This document shows positions 49,311 through 59,036 of a DNA stretch of 64,000 bases, piece by piece. A program made the translations under genes and the position numbers. Below the pieces are notes generated by a model that saw only the letters and a list, made by a program, of their open reading frames with translations, was not told the DNA's origin and did no database searches. Source of the stretch: an uncultured Solirubrobacterales bacterium (GTDB taxonomy: Bacteria > Actinomycetota > Thermoleophilia > Solirubrobacterales > Solirubrobacteraceae); NCBI GenBank assembly GCA_963735965.1, contig CAVTNE010000010.1, positions 230,503 to 294,502 on the forward strand. Reading direction: 5' to 3'. Each line of letters starts with the position of its first letter. The first letter of the stretch is position 1.

Positions 49311-50578
49311 CGCGGGCAATCCGCGCCGGCCGCGTTACCTTCGCCGCACTCTCGGTTCCGAACTTCCGCCGCTACTACAGCGGCCAGGCGATCTCGCTGA
49401 TCGGCACGTGGATGCAGATGACGGCGCAGGCCTGGCTGGTGCTGAGCCTGACCCACTCGAGCACGACGCTCGGCGTGATCGTCGCGCTCCAGACTCTGCC
49501 AGTGCTGATCCTCGGCCCCTACGGCGGCGTCATCGCCGACCGCGTCGACAAGCGCCGCCTGACGATCGGGCTCCAGACCGCGATGGGCGTCCAGGCGCTG
49601 ATCCTCGGCGTGCTCACGGTCACCGGCGAAGTGCAGGTCTGGCAGATCGGCATCCTCGCGGCCCTGCTCGGCTTCAACAATGCCTTCGAGAACCCGGCGC
49701 GCCAGTCGTTCATGCTCGAGATGGTCGGCCCCGAGCACCTCCGCAACGCGGTCAGCCTCAACTCGGTGGTGGCCAATACGGCGCGCATGATCGGTCCCGC
49801 GGTCGCGGGAATCCTGATCGCGACCGTCGGCGAGGGCGTCTGCTTCCTGGTCAACGCGGTCAGCTTCGTCGCCGTCATCGCCTCGCTGGTCACGCTGGAT
49901 CTCACAAAGCTGAATCCCACGACGCCCACCCCCCGCGCCCGCGGCCAGCTCCGCGAGGGCCTCAGCTACGTCCGCCACACGCCCGAGCTCGCGGTGCCGC
50001 TGCTGATGATGGCCGCCGTCGGCTGCCTGACCTATGAGTTCCAGGTGTCGTTGCCGGTGATGGCGAGCCGCGGCCTCCACGTCGGCTCGACCGGCTTCGG
50101 GTTCATGACCGCCGCGATGGGGTTCGGTGCCGTGCTCGGCGGGCTGCTGGTGGCCGCGCGTGGGAAGATCGGGGTCCGGCCGCTCGTGATCGCGGCCGCC
50201 GGCTTCGGCGTGACGATGTCGCTGGCGGCACTCGCCCCGAGCCTCCCGGTCGAGCTGATCGCGCTCATGTTCGTCGGCTCGGCCAGCATCTCGTTCATGT
50301 CGATGGGTAACTCGACGCTCCAGCTCACGGCCGCGCCGGACATGCGCGGCCGCGTGATGTCCTTGTGGTTCGTCTCCTTCCAGGGATCGACCCCCATCGG
50401 CGGCCCGATCGTCGGCTGGCTGATGGCTGTCGCCGGCGCCCGCGCCGGACTCGGGATCGGCGCGATCACGTGCTTCATCGTGGCGCTCGCCGGTCTCGCG
50501 GCACTGGGCGGCCTCCCCCGTCGTCGCGAAAACGTGCGGACGCGGGGCGAGGTCGGCGTGGCCAGCCGTACTACCTGA
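49307..50578 (+). CDS. MFS transporter (DHA3/DUF894-like)
   Basis: NFRRYYSGQAISLIGTWMQ, GVIADRVDKRR, PARQSF, MRGRVMS; TTG start overlapping the marR stop. Confidence 0.9.
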   Translation: MTRAIRAGRVTFAALSVPNFRRYYSGQAISLIGTWMQMTAQAWLVLSLTHSSTTLGVIVALQTLPVLILGPYGGVIADRVDKRRLTIGLQTAMGVQALILGVLTVTGEVQVWQIGILAALLGFNNAFENPARQSFMLEMVGPEHLRNAVSLNSVVANTARMIGPAVAGILIATVGEGVCFLVNAVSFVAVIASLVTLDLTKLNPTTPTPRARGQLREGLSYVRHTPELAVPLLMMAAVGCLTYEFQVSLPVMASRGLHVGSTGFGFMTAAMGFGAVLGGLLVAARGKIGVRPLVIAAAGFGVTMSLAALAPSLPVELIALMFVGSASISFMSMGNSTLQLTAAPDMRGRVMSLWFVSFQGSTPIGGPIVGWLMAVAGARAGLGIGAITCFIVALAGLAALGGLPRRRENVRTRGEVGVASRTT

Positions 50579-50651
50579 GTCTGATCCGCGGCCCCAAAGA
50601 TCGCTCCCGCGGCCGATGGTCCGGAGCGCGTCCCGCACCGATACTCCCCAC

Positions 50652-51602
50652 ATGATCACCGTCGAAAATGTCACCAAGCGTTATGGGGACAAGGTCGCGG
50701 TCGACGATCTGACCTTCACGGTCACGCCTGGGATCGTCACCGGCTTCCTCGGACCGAACGGCGCCGGCAAGTCAACCACCATGCGTCTGATCCTCGGGTT
50801 GGACGCCCCCACCTCCGGAACGGCCACCATCGACGGCCGCGCCTACCGCGATCTCGGAGCGCCCCTGCACGAGGTCGGGGCCATGCTCGAAGCCCGCGCG
50901 ATCCACACCGGGCGCTCGGCCTACAACCACCTTCTCGCCCTCGCCCAGACCCACGGGATCGGGCGCGGTCGCGTGGACGAGGTCATCGACATGGTCGGGA
51001 TCCAAGCCGTCGCCAAGAAGCGCGTCGGCGGGTTCTCGCTCGGCATGGGCCAGCGGCTCGGCGTCGCGGCCGCCCTGCTCGGCGACCCCAGCGTGCTGAT
51101 CCTCGACGAGCCCGCGAACGGCCTCGACCCCGAGGGCATCCTGTGGATCCGCACGCTCCTCAAGCGGCTGGCCAAGGAGGGACGAACGGTGTTCCTGTCC
51201 TCGCACCTGATGGCCGAGATGGCCCAGACCGCCGACCACCTGGTGGTCATAGGCCGCGGCCGCCTGATCGCCGACACGAGCGTGGACGAGTTCGTCCAGC
51301 AGGCCTCGACCGGCGCCGCCGTCCGCGTCGTCTCGCCGCAGGCGACCGCGCTGCGCGACGCGCTCGCGGCCAAGCAGGCGCGCGTGGACAGCATCGAGCG
51401 GGAGGTGCTCGAGGTCCACGGCCTCACCGGGCAAGAGATCGGCGAGGTCGCACTGGCCGAGAAGATCGTGCTCGCCGAGCTGACTCCGCTTCAGCTGTCG
51501 CTCGAGCAGGCGTTCATGCGGCTGACCGGAGAAACGGTCGAGTACCACGCCGCCTCCACCGATGACGACACCGACAACACCGACCTGAAGGCCGCAGCAT
51601 GA
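50652..51602 (+). CDS. ABC transporter ATP-binding protein
   Basis: GPNGAGKST, FSLGMGQR, LILDEP, SSH. Confidence 0.94.
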   Translation: MITVENVTKRYGDKVAVDDLTFTVTPGIVTGFLGPNGAGKSTTMRLILGLDAPTSGTATIDGRAYRDLGAPLHEVGAMLEARAIHTGRSAYNHLLALAQTHGIGRGRVDEVIDMVGIQAVAKKRVGGFSLGMGQRLGVAAALLGDPSVLILDEPANGLDPEGILWIRTLLKRLAKEGRTVFLSSHLMAEMAQTADHLVVIGRGRLIADTSVDEFVQQASTGAAVRVVSPQATALRDALAAKQARVDSIEREVLEVHGLTGQEIGEVALAEKIVLAELTPLQLSLEQAFMRLTGETVEYHAASTDDDTDNTDLKAAA

Positions 51603-52435
51603 GCGCAACATCAGCCACCCTCGAAGCCCCTTCCCGCGCCGCGTCGATTACGCACGGCCGCGTGACGCAAGTTCGCGTGATCCGGTCGGAGTGGACCAAG
51701 CTGTGGTCGCTCCGCTCGACCCGCTGGACCCTGCTGGTCGCGATCGTCGGCATGGCCGGCCTAGGCCCGCTCGTCGCGGCCGTCCAGATGAACCGCTGGT
51801 TCCACATGAGCCCGGACGACCGCTTGCATTTCAACGCGATCAACACCGGGCTCGGCGGTTACCACTTCGCCCAGCTTGCGATCGGCGTGCTCGGCGTGCT
51901 CGTGCTGACCGGCGAGTACAGCACCGGGCAGATCCGCTCCACGTTCATGGCCGTGCCCAAGCGCCTGCCGGTGCTGTGGGCCAAGGCGGGCACGTTCGCG
52001 GCGGTGACGTTCGTGCTGATGCTGATCTCAGGGCTCGTCGCGTTCCTCTTCTCGCAGAGCATCCTGACCCAGCATCACGTCCAGACGTCGCTCGGCCATG
52101 CGCCCGCGCTGCGGGCGTGGGTCGGCGCCGCGCTGTACCTGGCGGTGCTCGGCGTCCTCGCGCTCAGCCTGGGAGCGATCGTCCGGAACACGGCCGGCGG
52201 GATCGCCCTGTTCGCCGGACTGCTGTTCGTCGTCCCCGGGCTGGCGGCAATCCTCCCCACCAGCACCCAGAACGCGATCAACCCGTACCTGCCCTCGAAC
52301 GCCGGCACGACGATCCTCGCCGGCGTCCACGAGGCGCACACGTTCTCGCCGTGGGGCGGCTTCGCCCTGTTCTGCGGCTACACGGTGCTCGCGCTCGTCG
52401 TCGCCGCGGTTCTGATGAGGCGCCGCGACGCGTAA
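51599..52435 (+). CDS. ABC transporter permease
   Basis: SEWTKLWSLRS, GEYSTGQIRSTF, 6 TMs, ends RRRDA. Confidence 0.9.
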   Translation: MSATSATLEAPSRAASITHGRVTQVRVIRSEWTKLWSLRSTRWTLLVAIVGMAGLGPLVAAVQMNRWFHMSPDDRLHFNAINTGLGGYHFAQLAIGVLGVLVLTGEYSTGQIRSTFMAVPKRLPVLWAKAGTFAAVTFVLMLISGLVAFLFSQSILTQHHVQTSLGHAPALRAWVGAALYLAVLGVLALSLGAIVRNTAGGIALFAGLLFVVPGLAAILPTSTQNAINPYLPSNAGTTILAGVHEAHTFSPWGGFALFCGYTVLALVVAAVLMRRRDA

Positions 52436-52445
52436 CGTCCCGGAC

Positions 52446-53579
52446 GTGAAACGAAGCCTTCGGCCGCGGCGCTGGGATGTCATCAGCGCCGCGGCCATCG
52501 TGCTGCTGACCGTGCCCGAGCTCGCGCCGCGTCACGGCGGCCCGGGCGCCGTCGCCTTCGACATCGCCTTCGCCATTCCGCTGCTGTGGCGATCGCGGTG
52601 GCCCTTCCCGGTATTCCTGGTCACGGCCGGGATCGCGTTCGTGCAGTGGCTGGTCGGGGTCCGGGTGCTTGGCGACTTCGCGCTGCTCATCGCCCTGTAT
52701 ACCGTGGCCAGCCGGGAGGACCGGCGCACGTCGCTCACCGCGGCGGCGATCCTGGAGTTCGGGGTCATCCTCGCGCTTGCCCGGTGGTTCCACGACGGGC
52801 ACATCCGGAGCTTCGTCGGGCTGACGGGACTGGTCGCCGCCGCCGGCATCCTCGGGCAGAACATCCGGAACCGGCGGCAGCTGCTCGAGTCTCTCCGGGA
52901 ACGGGCCGACCGCCTCGAGTACGAGCGCGACCAGCAGGGCAAGCTCGCGGCCGCAGCCGAGCGGGCGCGGATCGCACGCGAGCTCCATGACGTCGTTGCC
53001 CACAACCTGACCGTGATGATCGCGCTCGCCGACGGCGCGGCCTACACCCTCCACGACTCGCCCGACAAGGCGACCGAGGCGCTCGAGACGGCCTCGCGAA
53101 CGGGTCGTGAAGCGCTCGCCGAGATGCGGCGGCTGCTCGGCGTGCTCCGCGAGCAGGATGAGGCGGCCGACTCAGTCCCCCAGCCCGGCGTGCCCGAGAT
53201 CGACGCGCTGGTGGAACAAGTCCGGGCCGCCGGCCTTCCGATTAGCTACCGCGTCTCCCCGGGCGATTGTGCCCTTCCTCCGGGGATCCAGCTCACGGTC
53301 TTCAGGATCGTCCAGGAGGCGCTGACGAACACCCTCAAGCATGGCGGACTGACGGCCACCGCCGAGGTCGAGCTCGTAGCCACCACGAGCGACGTCCGGC
53401 TCTCGATCACCGACAGCGGCACGGCGACGATGCCCGCGAATGGCAACGGCGGCTCGGGACTGAGGGGAATGCGGGAACGCGCGGCCGTGTACGGCGGCGC
53501 TGTCGAGGCGGGTCCTCGGCCGCAGGGCGGCTGGGTCGTCTCGGCACACCTGCCGTTGGAGGCGGAGGAGCTTTCGTGA
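52446..53579 (+). CDS. HisKA_3 sensor histidine kinase
   Basis: ERARIARELHDVVAH, QEALTN, GSGLRGMRER. Confidence 0.92.
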   Translation: MKRSLRPRRWDVISAAAIVLLTVPELAPRHGGPGAVAFDIAFAIPLLWRSRWPFPVFLVTAGIAFVQWLVGVRVLGDFALLIALYTVASREDRRTSLTAAAILEFGVILALARWFHDGHIRSFVGLTGLVAAAGILGQNIRNRRQLLESLRERADRLEYERDQQGKLAAAAERARIARELHDVVAHNLTVMIALADGAAYTLHDSPDKATEALETASRTGREALAEMRRLLGVLREQDEAADSVPQPGVPEIDALVEQVRAAGLPISYRVSPGDCALPPGIQLTVFRIVQEALTNTLKHGGLTATAEVELVATTSDVRLSITDSGTATMPANGNGGSGLRGMRERAAVYGGAVEAGPRPQGGWVVSAHLPLEAEELS

Positions 53580-54262
53580 GCGATCCATCCCCTACCAGCA
53601 TCCTGCTCGTCGACGACCAGCCGATGCTGCGAATGGGCTACCGGATGATCCTCGACGCCCAACCCGACCTCACCGTGGTCGGCGAGGCCGAGAACGGCCT
53701 CGAGGCGATCGAGCTGACGGACCGCCTCGAGCCCGACGTCGTGCTCATGGACGTCCGCATGCCCGGCCTCGACGGAGTGCAGGCGACCGAGCGGATCGTC
53801 GCCTCGGGGAGCGACTCGAGGATCATCATCCTCACCACCTTCGACCTCGACGAGTACGCCTACGGAGCGCTCCGCGCCGGCGCGAGCGGGTTCTTACTGA
53901 AAGACGCCCCGCCGCCCGACATGCTCTCGGCGATCCGCGCGGTCGCCACCGGCGACGCCGTCGTCGCCCCCAGCGTGACCCGGCGGCTGCTGTCCCAGTT
54001 CGTCCAGCACCTCCCCGGCCCCACCCACAAGACGCCCGACGACGCCGCCAAGCGCGTCGAGTCGCTGACGCCGCGTGAGCGCGAGATGCTCGTCGAAGTC
54101 GCCCGCGGTCTCTCGAACGCCGAGATCGCCGACCGCCTAGTGCTGTCCGAGGCGACGGTCAAGACCCACATTGGCCGGATCCTCGCCAAGCTTGGCCTCC
54201 GCGACCGGGTCCAGATCGTTGTGTTCGCCTACGAGACCGGGCTGGTCCGCCCGTCCGGGTGA
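53576..54262 (+). CDS. NarL/LuxR-family response regulator
   Basis: LVDDQ, MDVRMP, LTPRERE...GLSNAEIA...TVKTH. Confidence 0.94.
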   Translation: MSDPSPTSILLVDDQPMLRMGYRMILDAQPDLTVVGEAENGLEAIELTDRLEPDVVLMDVRMPGLDGVQATERIVASGSDSRIIILTTFDLDEYAYGALRAGASGFLLKDAPPPDMLSAIRAVATGDAVVAPSVTRRLLSQFVQHLPGPTHKTPDDAAKRVESLTPREREMLVEVARGLSNAEIADRLVLSEATVKTHIGRILAKLGLRDRVQIVVFAYETGLVRPSG

Positions 54263-54268
54263 AAGCGG

Positions 54269-55933
54269 TCAGACCTCGACGACCACCGGCAGCACCATCG
54301 GCCGGCGCCTGAGCCGGTCGTACACGAACGCCGCCAGGTCGTCGTGAAGCTCCTGCTGGAGCATGTCGATCTCGCGCAGGCCGTCGTTGGCCGCGCGCGC
54401 GAGCGAGCGCTCCACCTCCACGCGGATATCCTCGACCAGGTTGTCGGCCTGCTCGACGAACGGCACGCCGCGGAAGATCACCTCGGGCGGCACGACCGAT
54501 TCCCCGGTCTGCTCCGACACCGTTGCGACCACGATGAAGATCCCGTCACCCGAGAGCATCCGGCGGTCGCGCAGCGCGACGTCCGCGGGATCGCCGATGT
54601 CGACGCCGTCGACGAAGATCATCCCGGACTGCTCGGGCTCGCCGTACCGCGCGCCGTGCTCGTCGAGCTCGAGCGGCATCCCGTTCTCGCCCTTGAACAC
54701 ATCGTCGGGATCGATCCCGACGGCGTCGGCGAGCTCGGCGTGGAGCCGGATGCGCTTGTAGTCGCCGTGTATCGGCATCACATACCGCGGCTTCAGCAGG
54801 TTCAGCATCAGCTTGAGCTCCTCGGCGTAGCCGTGCCCCGAGGCGTGCACCGGCGCCTCGCGCGGGGTGATCACCTCGCAGCCGATGTGGAACAGGCGGT
54901 CGACGGTCTCGTTGACCGCGCGCTCGTTGCCGGGGATCGGCGTGGCCGAGAACACGACGGTGTCGCCGGGGTGCAGCTTGATCATGCGGTGGTCGTTGTG
55001 CGCCATGCGCCGGAGCGCCGAGAGCGGCTCGCCCTGGGACCCGGTCGAGATCACGACGATCTTCTCATCGGGCCAGTCCTCGACCTCCTGGGGCGGGATC
55101 AGCGTCCCTTCGGGGAACTCGATGTGGCCGAGAGAGCGCCCGATGTTCACGTTCTTGCGCATCGACCGGCCGACCAGCGACACCTTGCGCCCGAGCTCCG
55201 CAGCGGCGTCGATCACCTGCTGGACGCGATGGATGTTCGAGGCGAAGCTGGTGACGATGATCCGTCCCGCGGCGCGCGCGAACACCTCCTGCAGGTGCGG
55301 GCCGACGTCGCGCTCTGAGGGCGAGAACCCCGGCCGGTCGGCGTTGGTCGAGTCCCCGCACAGGAGCAGCACGCCCTCGCGCCCTAGCTCGGCCAGCCTC
55401 GAGACGTCCGCGGGATCGCCGTCGACCGGCGTCTGGTCGAACTTGTAGTCGCCGGTGAGCACCACATTGCCGACCTCGGTCCGCAGCGCGACCGCACACG
55501 AGTCGGGAATCGAGTGGGTCATGTGCACCAGCTCCAGCCCGAACGGACCGAGCTCGAGCTGCTCACCTGGGCGCAGGTCCTCGAGCGTGGCGTCGCGGAG
55601 CTTGTGCTCGTCGAGCTTGGAGCGCGCCATCGCGATCGTCAGCCGGGCCCCGTACACCGGCGGGGACGAGCCAAGCTCGCGGAGCACCCAGGGGAGCGCC
55701 CCCAGGTGGTCCTCGTGGCCGTGGGTGATCACGATCGCCTCGATCTCGTCCGCGCGGTCGCGCAGATAGCCGAAGTCGGGCAGCACGAGGTCGATCCCGA
55801 GCATGTCGGTGGTCGGGAAGCGCAACCCGGTGTCGACGACGACGATCCGTCCGTCGTATTCGACGACGGTCATGTTCTTGCCGATCTCGCCCAGCCCACC
55901 GAGCGGCAGGACCCGGAGAGTGCCGTCACTCAC
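54269..55933 (-). CDS. rnj: Ribonuclease J
   Basis: LGGLGEIGKN, THGHEDH, HSIPD, TGSQGEP, HASGH, PIHG. Confidence 0.96.
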   Translation of the reverse strand: MSDGTLRVLPLGGLGEIGKNMTVVEYDGRIVVVDTGLRFPTTDMLGIDLVLPDFGYLRDRADEIEAIVITHGHEDHLGALPWVLRELGSSPPVYGARLTIAMARSKLDEHKLRDATLEDLRPGEQLELGPFGLELVHMTHSIPDSCAVALRTEVGNVVLTGDYKFDQTPVDGDPADVSRLAELGREGVLLLCGDSTNADRPGFSPSERDVGPHLQEVFARAAGRIIVTSFASNIHRVQQVIDAAAELGRKVSLVGRSMRKNVNIGRSLGHIEFPEGTLIPPQEVEDWPDEKIVVISTGSQGEPLSALRRMAHNDHRMIKLHPGDTVVFSATPIPGNERAVNETVDRLFHIGCEVITPREAPVHASGHGYAEELKLMLNLLKPRYVMPIHGDYKRIRLHAELADAVGIDPDDVFKGENGMPLELDEHGARYGEPEQSGMIFVDGVDIGDPADVALRDRRMLSGDGIFIVVATVSEQTGESVVPPEVIFRGVPFVEQADNLVEDIRVEVERSLARAANDGLREIDMLQQELHDDLAAFVYDRLRRRPMVLPVVVEV

Positions 55934-56796
55934 GCTCGGGTGTGTTGCAGCAGCCCGTGGCGCTCGAGCATCGTGCGGATGACCCCCAGCTCACGGTCGT
56001 CAAGCTCCACGTACGGGAGCCGAGTCGCGGCCGAGGGCAGTAGCCCCAGGAGGTGGAGCGCGGCCTTCGTGGCGCACGCGAGAGGTGCTACCGGCATGTC
56101 GGCGTAGACATCCCTGAGCCCGCCATCGATCGCGCGGCGGTGGTCCGGTTCGTCGACCATCCGGTGCATCTCCTCGCCGAACAGATGGCTGGCGACGAGG
56201 ATGCCGCCCGGCTCGCCGAGGTCGAGCACGTCGGCGAGCAGGTCGTCGTTGCCGGCGTAGATCCGAAGGCCGTCGATCTTGGCCAGGTTCGCGGCGTTGG
56301 CCTGCTTGACCGCGACGATGTTGTCGAGCTGGGCGAGCTCGGCGAGGAGGTCGTTGGACATGTCCGACCCGGTCCGCTGCGGGATGTTGTAGAGAACGAT
56401 CGGCAGGTCGGTGGCGCGGCAGATCTCCTCGTAGTGGCGGACGATCCCGCGCCGGCTGGGGCGGTTGTAATACGGGTTGACGTGGAGCAGCGCATCGGGC
56501 CCGATCTCGGTGGCGCGCTCGGTGAGATGGATCGCGTGGCGGGTGTCGTTCGATCCGACGCCGGCCACGATCGTGCAGTCCTCGCCGATCTCCTCCACCG
56601 CGAGCCGGATCATCCCGAGATGCTCCTCGTCGGTGAGCGTCGAGGCCTCGCCGGTCGTGCCGCAGATCACCAGCCCATCCGAGCCGTGCTCGACCAGGTG
56701 GTGCATGAGCGCGACGGCCGCGTCCTCGTCGACGTTGCCGTCGGCGTCGAACGGGGTCACCATCGCAGTCAGAATCGAGCCGAGGTTGTCAGCCAT
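55930..56796 (-). CDS. dapA: 4-hydroxy-tetrahydrodipicolinate synthase
   Basis: AMVTPF, GTTGE, PYYN, LYNIP, AVKQA. Confidence 0.94.
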   Translation of the reverse strand: MADNLGSILTAMVTPFDADGNVDEDAAVALMHHLVEHGSDGLVICGTTGEASTLTDEEHLGMIRLAVEEIGEDCTIVAGVGSNDTRHAIHLTERATEIGPDALLHVNPYYNRPSRRGIVRHYEEICRATDLPIVLYNIPQRTGSDMSNDLLAELAQLDNIVAVKQANAANLAKIDGLRIYAGNDDLLADVLDLGEPGGILVASHLFGEEMHRMVDEPDHRRAIDGGLRDVYADMPVAPLACATKAALHLLGLLPSAATRLPYVELDDRELGVIRTMLERHGLLQHTRA

Positions 56797-56844
56797 CGGC
56801 GGATTATCGCAGGGCCGGCAGCGTCCCGGCGGCGCGGGTGCGCG

Positions 56845-57318
56845 CTACTTGCGGGCGCCCCAGCTCAGCACGGTGAGCGGTCCCATGCTCCGGTCGGGCG
56901 CGGCCGGTGGGGGCGCGACCACGGGATCGGGCTTGGGCGGGTCTGAGACCACATGAGTGACGGGGGCATCGGTCAGCTTGCCGATCCTCTCCGGCAGCCC
57001 GGCGTGCAGCCACTTCGACAGCTGCAGCGGCAGCGTCGAGACGATGATCTCGTCGTACTTCTTGGGGTCCCAGGCGTCGGTCACCGCCAGGATCGGGTCG
57101 GCATTCCCGACGGTGCCGTCGGCCTCGAGGCCGGCCGCGCGCAACTGCTCGAGCGCCTCGGACAGGGTCGCGAGCGCCGCCTGTCGGCCGCCGCCGAACG
57201 GGGTCGCCGGGATCACGAGGGTAAAGCTGGCCGGCGCGCGTTCCGTCAGCGCGCCGATCAAGTCCTCAGAGGTCGCGGTCACATTTGCCACCACGAGAAA
57301 GCTCCGTTTCCACGCCAT
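56845..57318 (-). CDS. Conserved hypothetical protein, universal-stress-protein-like fold
   Basis: FLVVAN...DEIIVSTLP...SKWL...PVTHVV; GGAGG RBS before ATG 57318. Confidence 0.65.
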   Translation of the reverse strand: MAWKRSFLVVANVTATSEDLIGALTERAPASFTLVIPATPFGGGRQAALATLSEALEQLRAAGLEADGTVGNADPILAVTDAWDPKKYDEIIVSTLPLQLSKWLHAGLPERIGKLTDAPVTHVVSDPPKPDPVVAPPPAAPDRSMGPLTVLSWGARK

Positions 57319-57633
57319 GACGACCTCCCTTGTGCGATAGACCGAGGTCCAAGATAGCGCGCGGGGTGGCGCGCGCAAGCGGCCAGGTGGACAAATTGGT
57401 ACGCGCCAGGTGGGCCGTGTGGATGGGCCTCGCTCGGAATCCGGCTTCGACGCGGATCGTTGCTCCGGCGGGCACGGAGCCGGATTTCGCGAGCTCGGCA
57501 TCCGTGGGGCCGTGCGACCCCGTCCGGATGGGGCACATGGTGGTCGCGGCGACGGCCCCGCTCGGCCTCCCTGCCTCGCAGACGGGGCCTGCCGCGCCAC
57601 ATCCGACGGACGCCGCCGCAGGCGGCCCAATAT

Positions 57634-59007
57634 CTAGCTTCCGACCGCCACCTCGGGTACGGGCCGCTCGCCCTTGCCGCGGACCAGCGGGCCGTTATAG
57701 GCGCCGGGCTTCGGGCGGTGCTTGCCGCCCGGGAACGCGAGCCGGATGATCGTGCGCTGCACCATCCCGAGCTGCTGGTGGAACGGCCCCGAGTTGTACG
57801 GGAGCCCGTACCGCTGGCAGATCTCGCGCACCTTCGGCGCGATCTCGCCGTAGCGGGTGCTCGGCATGTCGGGGTACAGGTGGTGCTCGACCTGGTAGCC
57901 GAGGTTGCCGCTGATCACGTGGAACACCGGGCCGCCGTCGATGTTGGCCGCGCCGGTCAGCTGGCGGACGTACCACGCACCGCGGCTCTCGTCCTCGGTC
58001 TCCTCCTCGGTGAAAGTGAACGTCTGGTCAGGGAAGTGACCGCAGAAGATGATCGCGTAGGACCACACGTTGCGGATCAGGTTCGCGGCGATGTCCGCGG
58101 TCAGCGTGCGCTTGAACGGCTCTCGGAACGAGCGGCGCTCGACCATCTGCTTGAGGATGTTGCCGGTCGGCTTCTCGCGACTCCGCCGGAGCTTCTTCAG
58201 CCCGTACTTGACCGACAGCTTGTTCTCGCGACGGCGCTCGATCCCTGCGCGGGCGGCGAAGTAGCCGAGCTCGGCCAGCGTCATCACGATTCCGCTGATC
58301 AACGGCCAGGAGATGTAGTCCTTCTGGATCTGGGTCCGGGCCTTGCCGGCGATCCCCTTGAGCTCCTTGCGGACCTGCTCCTTGCTCTTCTCGCCCTTGC
58401 GGATCGCCTCGAAATCAAGGTCGTGGACGGCCACGCCCCACTCGAACAGCATCGCCAACACGATGTTGTAAATCGGCTGGAGCAGGTAGAACGGATACCA
58501 CTTCTGCTCGGGATCGATCCGCATGATCTCGTAGCCGAGGTCGCGGTCCTTGCCGAGGATGTTCGTGAACGTGTGGTGGATGTAGTTGTGCGAGTGGCGC
58601 CAGGCCTCGGCCGTCGAGGCGGTGTCCCAGTCCCACGCCCGCGAATTGATCACGGGATCGTTCATCCAGTCCCACTGGCCGTGGAGCACGTTGTGGCCGA
58701 TCTCCATGTTCTCGAGGATCTTGGCCATCCCGAGCGTCGAGGCGCCGATGATCCAGGGGATCCGCCAGCGAGACGCGATCAGCTCGAGCCGGCCGAGCAG
58801 CGCCAGCCGGCGCTGCAGGGCGATCATCGAACGGATGTAGCGCGCGTCGCGGTCGCCGAGGCTCTCCTTGACCTGCTCGTGCAGCTCGTCGAACTCCCGG
58901 CCGATGGCCTCGATTTGTTCAGGAGTGAGCGTGTGCAGCGGATTGTCCGGCTCCTCGATGGCCACGCGGCCGTTTGTGTGATGTCCGTTCTGAGTGGCAG
59001 TAGCCAT
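57634..59007 (-). CDS. Acyl-CoA (fatty acid) desaturase, DesA3-like
   Basis: His boxes HNVLH, HNYIHH, QVEHH; ENMEIG; GGAG RBS. Confidence 0.9.
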   Translation of the reverse strand: MATATQNGHHTNGRVAIEEPDNPLHTLTPEQIEAIGREFDELHEQVKESLGDRDARYIRSMIALQRRLALLGRLELIASRWRIPWIIGASTLGMAKILENMEIGHNVLHGQWDWMNDPVINSRAWDWDTASTAEAWRHSHNYIHHTFTNILGKDRDLGYEIMRIDPEQKWYPFYLLQPIYNIVLAMLFEWGVAVHDLDFEAIRKGEKSKEQVRKELKGIAGKARTQIQKDYISWPLISGIVMTLAELGYFAARAGIERRRENKLSVKYGLKKLRRSREKPTGNILKQMVERRSFREPFKRTLTADIAANLIRNVWSYAIIFCGHFPDQTFTFTEEETEDESRGAWYVRQLTGAANIDGGPVFHVISGNLGYQVEHHLYPDMPSTRYGEIAPKVREICQRYGLPYNSGPFHQQLGMVQRTIIRLAFPGGKHRPKPGAYNGPLVRGKGERPVPEVAVGS

Positions 59008-59036
59008 GTACGGAACTCCCCCTCCGTAGTATCGGG

